A stretch of 57,879 bases of DNA. Origin: a virus (taxonomy: Duplodnaviria; Caudoviricetes). The notes beneath the pieces are model-generated. The model searched no databases. It was not told the DNA's origin and worked only from the letters and a program-made list of their open reading frames with translations. A program made the position numbers and the translations under genes. Numbering within the stretch: the first letter of the stretch is position 1; the number at the start of each line of letters is the position of its first letter. The stretch lies in the IMG/VR virus record IMGVR_UViG_3300018072_000001, positions 1 to 57,879 of that record; one strand, given 5' to 3'. Positions 8,754 through 16,332 of this stretch are shown here, piece after piece.

Positions 8754-10994
8754 TTGCCTACATCGACCTCAACCAAGCTACGGCCGTTCGAAACTCATGG
8801 TGTGGAGTTCACAGGAGAGCGTGGAGACGAGCGATACGGTACCTGCCCATTTACCGGCAAGCCAGAAAAGTTTTACGTTAACGTCAAGACCGGATTGTGG
8901 GATAGTAAAACCGCTGGACTGTCCGGCAACATCTCACAATTCCTTCGTCAGATTTCGAAACAATACGTCTCACAGATGACCGACGTTCTGCTCAAACGAC
9001 TGGCCGATGATCGTGGTCTGCCAATGAAGGCATTCAAGGATTGGAATATCGGCTGGGACGGCCGCAACTACACCATCCCGATTTGTAATTTGGATGGTAA
9101 CACCGTTGACATTCGCATGTATCACTTGGGTGGGCGTATCATTTCTACCGCTGGGTGCAATGTCGGTCTATTGGGTGCGGAGCATCTCACTCGAAAATCT
9201 GAGCCCATCTACTTGTTCGAAGGCGAATGGGATACCATTGCTGCACGCTACATCATGAGCAAGATCGGCGTGCGTGGTGTCTGTGTGGGCGTACCCGGTG
9301 CCGGCATCTTTAAACCGGAATGGTTGCCGTGGTTCCAGGGACGCACGGTTCATACGCACTATGACAAGGACAGTGCGGGTGAACTCGGCGAACAACTCGC
9401 GGATAAACGACTGGCTGGCGTGGTACGAACCATCACCTACACGCATTGGCCGGATGACCTCCCAGAAGGCTTCGACATTCGGGATTGGATTCTGTACGGT
9501 CTGAACAAGGGCACCCCGAAGAAATCCTGGGCACGACTCTCACTGCTATACGAACCGAAGCCTCGCGTCCGTGAGCTCGCTCCTGCGAAACCGGAATCGT
9601 TCGTCATCCGACGCACGGTGAGGGGAAAACAGAAGCTGATGTGGAAGCGGCCACCGACATTGAAAGACGTGCATGACGTCTTCAAGAAGTGGTTGTTCCT
9701 CGACAGCACGGACGGCATCGATGTCTTGCTGGCGACGCTGATCTCTCAACGGTTGGAAGGTCCTCCGGTGTGGTTGTTCCTCGTGGGTCCACCGGGATCG
9801 GCGAAGACGGAGCTCATCTCCTCTCTGTCCGACTTGAACGAGGACATCTACGCCACTAGTACTGTGACGCCGCATGCGTTGATCTCTGGAGCGAACTTCC
9901 AAGGCATGAAGGAAGACCCGTCGTTGATCCCAAAGCTAGATGGCAAGGTGCTGGTCATCAAGGATTTCACCGCCGTGATGGGGACGAAGGACCAGGAAAA
10001 GGAAGAGATCTTTAGCATCCTACGTGATGCGTATGACGGGCAGTGCGGGAAGATCTTCGGGAACGGTGTGGTGCGGGCGTATCATTCGCGGTTCACCGTC
10101 ATCGCCGCTGTGACGCCCATGATCTATGATCTTGGGTATCGGCATGCACAACTCGGAGAACGGTTCTTGAAATACAGCCTGGCTGATAACTTGGTGCACC
10201 CAGACGAGTACCAAATCATCTCGAGAGCGATCGAGAACACCGACCATGAAACCAAGATGCGAAAGGAGATTCGAGACGCGGTGCGGGAGTACGTGAATCG
10301 ATCCCTGAAGGGAACGGTGCTGCCGACCATCACACCAGAGCTCAAGGACCGCATCATCTGGCTTGGCAAGTTCGGTGCTCGCATGCGTGGGACGGTATCG
10401 CGGGATTCCTACCGCAACGATATCATGACCTCCAGACCGACGGCCGAAGTGGGTAGCCGGTTAGGCATCCAACTCGCGAAGTTGTGTCGCTCTCTTGCCA
10501 TGTTGCACAAACGCGAGGAAGTCAACGATGAGGATTACAAGGTCGTGAAGAAGGTCATGCTCGATACCGTGATGCAACGCACGGAGGACGTGCTCCGCAC
10601 ATTGCATCTCCAGCATGAACGCGGACCGATCTCGACGGGTGATCTCGCGAAGCTCACACGGTATCCGGTTCCTACCGTGTTACGATTGTTGCAGGACCTT
10701 CATGTTCTCGACATCGTCGTGCGTAGTGGTAGTACGTACAAACACCGATGGCGTGTCTCCGACTACGTGCACGACTGCATTACACGTTGCGGTATCTACA
10801 CGACGCAGGAAGAAATATCTCGCGCGACCGGCTTGCAGATTCGGTTACGGAAAATGAAAGGCACCAAAGGTTTCAAACTCGCCTCGATCCTGAAACCGAA
10901 AGTGACATCGGTGATGTTGCCATTTCCCGCCGCATCCCCGGCCGTCCCCGCCCCGTCCCCCGGTCCCGCCATGGGGGCGAAGGTCCTCCCCTAG
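8754..10994 (+). CDS. Primase-helicase: TOPRIM primase fused to AAA+/MCM-like helicase and C-terminal wHTH
   Basis: CPF...FYVN N-terminus, FEGEWD and YDKD TOPRIM motifs, GPPGSAKT Walker A, VLVIKDF, FTVIAAVTP. Confidence 0.8.
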   Translation: MPTSTSTKLRPFETHGVEFTGERGDERYGTCPFTGKPEKFYVNVKTGLWDSKTAGLSGNISQFLRQISKQYVSQMTDVLLKRLADDRGLPMKAFKDWNIGWDGRNYTIPICNLDGNTVDIRMYHLGGRIISTAGCNVGLLGAEHLTRKSEPIYLFEGEWDTIAARYIMSKIGVRGVCVGVPGAGIFKPEWLPWFQGRTVHTHYDKDSAGELGEQLADKRLAGVVRTITYTHWPDDLPEGFDIRDWILYGLNKGTPKKSWARLSLLYEPKPRVRELAPAKPESFVIRRTVRGKQKLMWKRPPTLKDVHDVFKKWLFLDSTDGIDVLLATLISQRLEGPPVWLFLVGPPGSAKTELISSLSDLNEDIYATSTVTPHALISGANFQGMKEDPSLIPKLDGKVLVIKDFTAVMGTKDQEKEEIFSILRDAYDGQCGKIFGNGVVRAYHSRFTVIAAVTPMIYDLGYRHAQLGERFLKYSLADNLVHPDEYQIISRAIENTDHETKMRKEIRDAVREYVNRSLKGTVLPTITPELKDRIIWLGKFGARMRGTVSRDSYRNDIMTSRPTAEVGSRLGIQLAKLCRSLAMLHKREEVNDEDYKVVKKVMLDTVMQRTEDVLRTLHLQHERGPISTGDLAKLTRYPVPTVLRLLQDLHVLDIVVRSGSTYKHRWRVSDYVHDCITRCGIYTTQEEISRATGLQIRLRKMKGTKGFKLASILKPKVTSVMLPFPAASPAVPAPSPGPAMGAKVLP

Positions 10995-10995
10995 C

Positions 10996-11427
10996 ATGAG
11001 AAATCATTTCGCATCCCATCTCGCATCTACCCGACGTGCTAAGTATAAATTGAGATCCGGAATTAGACCTGGTCCAGTACTTAGTGCATCGCAACACTGG
11101 ATTTGGAAGATGCGAGTATTTGATCGCGACCATTATCAATGTGTGGTTTGCGGTTCGAGTAGAATCGCCGCTCATCATTTACTTCCAAAAGAATTACATC
11201 CCGAATTTAAGTTCACGGTTAGAAATGGTATCACCATGTGTGCGACGTGTCATCCAAAGTTACACGATTGGTTACGCACGTCCGTGTCAAGACTCCGCCG
11301 ATACCTCCGGGTCGTCCGTTCCGGTTCCGGCCGGGAGACGACCGCCTTCCTCCGGGCCATACCCGCCCTACGTCCGCTATACCTATTAAGCCTTTGTTTA
11401 CAGTCAGTTAGGCGACATTCCCCATAA
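10996..11427 (+). CDS. HNH endonuclease
   Basis: RDHYQCVVCG...AHH...NGITMCATCH. Confidence 0.8.
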   Translation: MRNHFASHLASTRRAKYKLRSGIRPGPVLSASQHWIWKMRVFDRDHYQCVVCGSSRIAAHHLLPKELHPEFKFTVRNGITMCATCHPKLHDWLRTSVSRLRRYLRVVRSGSGRETTAFLRAIPALRPLYLLSLCLQSVRRHSP

Positions 11428-11588
11428 GCTAGATTAGGCCGTTAAACCTTAGGGAACACGGGGTTTAACGGCATATTGGTTAGGAACCATCGATTTGTCC
11501 CCCACCCTATCCCCGTCTGAGGTCGGCGATCGCCCAACCTTGGTGATGCCTTGTGAGCCGGACAGGCCGGGAAGGCCTTCCTAAGCAA

Positions 11589-12044
11589 TTAGCTGGACGT
11601 TCGGTGGGTCCTTACGGGGTATGAAGGCCTGAGGCCTGAGGAGGGAACAGAGGCCTTAGGATGGGAAGGAACCGGCCGTGTGGTCGGGTTCCGGCGTAGT
11701 TGCGTGGACACGCACGGGATGATGGCAAGTTGTTCCGCCGTCCAGTCGTCGCAGAGGACAGCCACTTCTTTTTCCAAATGATCGAGCTCATCTTTCAATG
11801 CCACTACCGAATGAATAACATTTTTCGAACTGAAAGTGACACGGAGTCGTGGCAACGGTTGTGCAAACATTTTCATCCGTGCAAGTATCGATTGGACCTG
11901 ACGGAGTTTGGGAAAGAGTGCGGCCTGACGTTCGCGTGCGTAACGAAGTGAGGCCGCACAAGATTGACAAAGATCGGAATGGTTGACCAACTGATCCGTC
12001 CATCGTTCTTTTCCGCACACCGTGCACGGAAGTAAATATTTCAT
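11589..12044 (-). CDS. Hypothetical protein with CxxC...CxxC zinc finger
   Basis: CTVC...CQSC; starts immediately after the upstream stop. Confidence 0.5.
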   Translation of the reverse strand: MKYLLPCTVCGKERWTDQLVNHSDLCQSCAASLRYARERQAALFPKLRQVQSILARMKMFAQPLPRLRVTFSSKNVIHSVVALKDELDHLEKEVAVLCDDWTAEQLAIIPCVSTQLRRNPTTRPVPSHPKASVPSSGLRPSYPVRTHRTSS

Positions 12045-13496
12045 CTACCGCTCGCACCGCACATACGAGCCGTCCTGTTCGACGACACGCCATCCGTTGA
12101 CGCCCTTCGGTTTCCATGCGTCATGTCCCGGCAGCAAATATCGATAGTTGACAGCCACCGCCATGGTGTCGCCGACCTTCGCATGGATGCGTACGTTATC
12201 TCCGTCACCGTCGATCGGATCGGGTTCGACCGGCATCGGGACACCGGGTGCCGCCGGACCGTAGCGTGCGTAGTCCCACACTGGCGCATCGCTGGGTACG
12301 ATATCAATCCCACGGAAGAGTTCGGATGCGCACTTCGCTTCGATCTCTCCAGGGACCACACACCACTGCATCGTCTGACTATCGCCGTGCGCCGTCGCCC
12401 CGGAGTTGAACATCGCGGCTGCGACACCGGCCATGAAGAATTCGTCCGGCCGATTGGACCGACGACCTGGTTGATAGGTTTCGGCGGCACCCATCATCTC
12501 GGTGTTGATGGTGGCGTCGTGGGTACCGGGGAACGAATCGCCGAAGCCGTTCCGGATTTCCATCCCGTCCTTCCCGACCTTGCGCATCCAGTCATCGGAG
12601 CGTACGGTCTGGTAGGTGGTGAAGCCTGCGGACGGTAGATACGGTACGGCGGCCGGGTCATTCGGATTGCACATCCCGCGCGCCATCAACACTTCGAATC
12701 CCGGCTTGACAATCCACTCCGGGTTCTGCATGTTTTGATATGGCTCGTTGCCGAATACCAATACCATGTGCTCGAACTCCGAACAGACTTCCGCTATCGC
12801 GTTGATAAACGCCTGTTCGTCGGTCAGTGATTCTGGAATGAAATCGCACACAACGCAGAGCTCCACCCGCATGCCTTCATTCTTCGTGAGTACGGCCAAT
12901 CGCCGAACCCACGCAAAGTAATCCGGCACTTGACGGAAGTCAAGACCGGTGACTTTCCAATTACAGAACACACGGATCCCGTTGCCACGAATGGACACGA
13001 TCCAGTGCAGGTAGTTCAGGAGTTGCGTTTCTCCGCCGGTGATGAGCAACCGGAGCGCATCGAAGCCGGTCGCCATCTTCCACTTCCAGGGACCGCTGTT
13101 GTCGAACAAGCGTGGTCCGTTCCCTCGCAGTCGGCCGTTGATGGTCGGACTCCCACCAGCGGCCTTACGAAAAGACGCTGGCGGTAATTGGACGTCTTGT
13201 GGATTCGCCGGAGTGGGTCCTACGCGAATGGTGATGTTGTTGCCGTCCGGAATGTTGACCGGCTCACCGCCGTGATCAGCACTGGAACCGTACGGAGCGG
13301 CCGCAGCAGCCAGTTGGAGCACACCGGTGAACGGGACCGGTACCTCAGGCCACAACGCGTAGCCTTTGTCGTTGGTGATGGCGAACAGAAACCCGCCGAC
13401 GAGCTCCGGTGCTTTGAGATAGGCGACGGTACCGGGGATCGCTTTGCCACTGGCATCAGCAACCACGACCGCCACTGCGGTAACTTTCTTCGTCAT
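12045..13496 (-). CDS. Putative clan GH-A (GH5-like) glycoside hydrolase with N-terminal beta-sandwich
   Basis: GNGIRVF, FGNEP (acid/base Glu), INTE (nucleophile Glu candidate). Confidence 0.5.
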   Translation of the reverse strand: MTKKVTAVAVVVADASGKAIPGTVAYLKAPELVGGFLFAITNDKGYALWPEVPVPFTGVLQLAAAAAPYGSSADHGGEPVNIPDGNNITIRVGPTPANPQDVQLPPASFRKAAGGSPTINGRLRGNGPRLFDNSGPWKWKMATGFDALRLLITGGETQLLNYLHWIVSIRGNGIRVFCNWKVTGLDFRQVPDYFAWVRRLAVLTKNEGMRVELCVVCDFIPESLTDEQAFINAIAEVCSEFEHMVLVFGNEPYQNMQNPEWIVKPGFEVLMARGMCNPNDPAAVPYLPSAGFTTYQTVRSDDWMRKVGKDGMEIRNGFGDSFPGTHDATINTEMMGAAETYQPGRRSNRPDEFFMAGVAAAMFNSGATAHGDSQTMQWCVVPGEIEAKCASELFRGIDIVPSDAPVWDYARYGPAAPGVPMPVEPDPIDGDGDNVRIHAKVGDTMAVAVNYRYLLPGHDAWKPKGVNGWRVVEQDGSYVRCER

Positions 13497-13696
13497 TACA
13501 GTCCTCCTCCATCGGGATGGGCCGCGAGAAACGCGTCGTCCTTCGCGACCGTGGACACGAACGCGGAGTTGTATGCGGCGATGATCTCTTCACTAGTCGG
13601 TTCCGGAAGGTCCGGGTGACGCTTGGCGAACGCTGCCTTCAACGCGAGAATGAGATTGGGAGTTTGTTCGAGCGCCAATGCAATCAATGGATTCAT
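13496..13696 (-). CDS. Hypothetical protein
   Basis: 66-aa ORF translationally coupled to the downstream gene. Confidence 0.6.
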   Translation of the reverse strand: MNPLIALALEQTPNLILALKAAFAKRHPDLPEPTSEEIIAAYNSAFVSTVAKDDAFLAAHPDGGGL

Positions 13697-13706
13697 AGAT
13701 ACTCCG

Positions 13707-13742
13707 AAAAGAACTTCCCGTACCCCGGTGGATACGGGAAGT
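13707..13742 (-). terminator. Intrinsic terminator
   Basis: ACTTCCCGTA/TACGGGAAGT stem followed by TCTTTT on the minus strand. Confidence 0.7.
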
Positions 13743-13755
13743 ATCGGTGGAAGAA

Positions 13756-13893
13756 CTAGTCCGACCAGACGATGGTGTCGATTGCGGCTCTCAGCTTCTT
13801 CGCATTCTCAGCACTGGGAGCTTCCACGAACGCACGTGCCGCTGCTTGTGCAGCCGCGACTTGCGCTTCGTGATTCGGATCTTTCTTAGCCAT
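13756..13893 (-). CDS. Small Ala-rich protein, paralogue B (45 aa; not in ORF track)
   Basis: MAKKDPNHEAQVAAAQAAARAFVEAPSAENAKKLRAAIDTIVWSD; AAGGA RBS. Confidence 0.75.
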   Translation of the reverse strand: MAKKDPNHEAQVAAAQAAARAFVEAPSAENAKKLRAAIDTIVWSD

Positions 13894-13941
13894 GGAGTTC
13901 CTTTCGTTTCTGACGATACGTGAGGTAGAGATTGTTCGGGA

Positions 13942-14115
13942 CTAGTCGTCCCAAACGATCGCGTCTACGGCGTCTTTGAGATCGTGAGCCGCTGCAAGGA
14001 GTTTGTCCTTGCTGGCGGCATCGTTGTTTGCGGCACGAGCCGCATCTTTCACGCGTTGTGCCGCTGCCTGAGCCGCAGCGACCTGTGCCTGAAAGTTCGG
14101 TGAGGCCTTTGCCAT
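13942..14115 (-). CDS. Small Ala-rich protein, paralogue A (57 aa; not in ORF track)
   Basis: MAKASPNFQAQVAAAQAAAQRVKDAARAANNDAASKDKLLAAAHDLKDAVDAIVWDD; AGGAG RBS. Confidence 0.75.
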   Translation of the reverse strand: MAKASPNFQAQVAAAQAAAQRVKDAARAANNDAASKDKLLAAAHDLKDAVDAIVWDD

Positions 14116-14156
14116 GATTGACTCCTAACAAAAAACGATTGTCGTACTGCGGTGAA

Positions 14157-14456
14157 CTACTCCTGGACCTTTCCCGTCGCGAGGAACGGCACGATCTCGT
14201 CGATGTCGCCTTTGCGATCCTCGATCGCCTGACGTACTTCGACGAGGATCTGTTCCTTGGTGACCGCTGGATCTGACGCACCAGCGAGCATGGTCTCGAA
14301 ATCCTCGACCTCGTTATCGAGGAAGGCGCGCACCCGGCCTTCGACGTCCGAGTGCTTCTTGATCTTCCCGATCGCCTTCGACCGCATGGCCTTGTGCATC
14401 GGGTGTTCCTTGCGACCGTGTCCGTGTCCCGCTCCGTCGCCGACATGAGGTGTCAT
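14157..14456 (-). CDS. Hypothetical protein
   Basis: AAGGAG RBS before MTPHVGDG. Confidence 0.6.
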   Translation of the reverse strand: MTPHVGDGAGHGHGRKEHPMHKAMRSKAIGKIKKHSDVEGRVRAFLDNEVEDFETMLAGASDPAVTKEQILVEVRQAIEDRKGDIDEIVPFLATGKVQE

Positions 14457-14557
14457 GTGCTCTCCTTGTGTGAAAGTTTCCTTGGGTACGTGTCGAGCGG
14501 CCCAGTGCCGGATCGGTCGAGGGAGTCGTAAGAAGATCCAGCACAGGGTATACATCA

Positions 14558-14935
14558 TTACGGAATCACCTCCTTGAGAATCGCTTTGGCCAACGTCGCA
14601 TACGGATGCAACAAACGAGACTCGGTCTCCGGCAACGCGTGCAGGAGTTCATCGAGGCCGGTGTCCACCGCCGCTTGCCATCCATTCTGGGTTGCGTGAA
14701 TGGAGGTGACCGTCGCCTTGTGCCAGATCGTGACCTTGCGCGCGGTCGCGAGCGAGAACACCGGTGGCTGCATGTTGAAGCCGTCTTGCACAGTGTCACG
14801 AATCAGATCCAATGCACGTTGGACACGATGACTGTAAAAGGCCGCAGTGGCTTGAGGAGTGAGATTGGGTGGTGCTTGATTGCTACATCCAGGAACGACG
14901 CAGAGCAGGAGTACGAGTAGAAGCAATCGTTTCAT
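14558..14935 (-). CDS. Lipoprotein, possibly a spanin-like lysis accessory
   Basis: MKRLLLLVLLLCVVPGC lipobox-like signal directly after the endolysin. Confidence 0.55.
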   Translation of the reverse strand: MKRLLLLVLLLCVVPGCSNQAPPNLTPQATAAFYSHRVQRALDLIRDTVQDGFNMQPPVFSLATARKVTIWHKATVTSIHATQNGWQAAVDTGLDELLHALPETESRLLHPYATLAKAILKEVIP

Positions 14936-15441
14936 TATTTTACCTCTGGCAGAAAAGACAGGATGCGTGTAATCCATCCCGTCAGGAACGGCAGATCAGA
15001 TGGGCGTTGCTGTACGAGTCTCGAGATGCGTACCGCACGTTCGACGACGTACCGCTGCACGATGATGTCGTTCGCGCCGAACCACTTCAAGGCTTGAATG
15101 GTTTTTGGTCCGATGATCCCGTCCATCTCGAGACCGAGAATGAACTGCAATCGCTTGACGGCTGAAGAGACTCCTGACATCACGGCATCATCAACCAATA
15201 CCGTAACCAAACGATCGGTACTGGGGATCTTCGCGAGTGCGAAGAACGGTGCGATATAGACACGACGGTAAATCGCTGCCGCCTGCTCCCGTGTCGGTGG
15301 GCCGGGTCGCCAGGCTTCCGGATGCGCACGTTCGGAGATCCCCCACGACGTACGTCCCCCGGCATCATGTGTGTTCAGATACGGAGGTTTACCTTCTCCT
15401 TCGCGCGTAAGCAGGTCGTCAATGATCTGATTGGTGTTCAC
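14935..15441 (-). CDS. Endolysin, glycoside hydrolase family 108 with peptidoglycan-binding domain
   Basis: REG...N..DAGGRTSWGIS; DGIIGPKT; FLTGWITRI. Confidence 0.88.
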   Translation of the reverse strand: MNTNQIIDDLLTREGEGKPPYLNTHDAGGRTSWGISERAHPEAWRPGPPTREQAAAIYRRVYIAPFFALAKIPSTDRLVTVLVDDAVMSGVSSAVKRLQFILGLEMDGIIGPKTIQALKWFGANDIIVQRYVVERAVRISRLVQQRPSDLPFLTGWITRILSFLPEVK

Positions 15442-15932
15442 GGATTTTGTTTGCCGTTGGTCGCCACCTTGAGCACCTCAACGAGATGAGCGTTGGTACT
15501 GGCAATCTTTTCATTCACGGAGTTCGCTACGGATGCCGCTTCAGCACTGGCCTCTGCAGCCTTCCGAGTTTCTTTGGTGTTCTCATCGACCTTCTGGTCG
15601 ATAGTTATTAACTGATCTCGAACCTTTTCCGCTGCGATACTCTCTCGTTTTTTAACGTTCTCAGCAATCTCAGCCGTCTGTATCGTTAACGTATCCGCTG
15701 CGGTTTTGAGTTCGAGTAAGGAAATCTCACGAGCGATACGATCTTGCTGACCGATGAGGAGGAGTTTATTGAGCCGATGCAAACAGGCCAACAGAATAGT
15801 CCATGTGAAAATACGATAGAAGGTTGCCGCCGTCATCCACGCCGGATAAGTATCATACAATGTGGTCACCGCCAATGCCGTAAGACTAACGAAAAGAAAC
15901 ATCCGAAAGAAGAATCGATTGGTCATGGTCAA
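15438..15932 (-). CDS. Membrane protein with coiled coil (lysis cassette)
   Basis: Two N-terminal hydrophobic helices followed by heptad-rich sequence. Confidence 0.55.
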   Translation of the reverse strand: MTMTNRFFFRMFLFVSLTALAVTTLYDTYPAWMTAATFYRIFTWTILLACLHRLNKLLLIGQQDRIAREISLLELKTAADTLTIQTAEIAENVKKRESIAAEKVRDQLITIDQKVDENTKETRKAAEASAEAASVANSVNEKIASTNAHLVEVLKVATNGKQNP

Positions 15933-16126
15933 TACCGATGCGTCTTGGTTTGGTCTATGATGATGAGTTGTTCTCTGATACGTTCCAGTCGTTCACGAAC
16001 TTCCTGCATCTGTCGTGCTTCTTCCCGTTCTAACCACGCCACGTCTTGATGAGGCGCGTCAGAAGGGACGGTCCCGAACGTTTGCCGCCATTGTTGCACT
16101 AGTTTATTCCACATATCCGCGCTCAC
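15929..16126 (-). CDS. Hypothetical protein
   Basis: Overlapping start/stop with neighbouring genes. Confidence 0.5.
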   Translation of the reverse strand: MSADMWNKLVQQWRQTFGTVPSDAPHQDVAWLEREEARQMQEVRERLERIREQLIIIDQTKTHRY

Positions 16127-16332
16127 GTTCGCTTTGCTATTACAACACTCTTCTCAGCTAAGCCAATCGATTGTAAGGCGATATCCTGCCAACGGTCGGC
16201 ACGAGCTTCGGCTTTGACTAAATCCTTTCCCCAACACCACACACCCTTGTAGCTACCCCACAGAATGAACATGAGCAGTGTGGGAAAACCAACGGATGAA
16301 ATAGATTTAGCAAACTCGATAAACTCGGTCAT
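16123..16332 (-). CDS. Putative holin
   Basis: Small protein with one TM helix (VGFPTLLMFILW) upstream of the endolysin. Confidence 0.5.
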   Translation of the reverse strand: MTEFIEFAKSISSVGFPTLLMFILWGSYKGVWCWGKDLVKAEARADRWQDIALQSIGLAEKSVVIAKRT

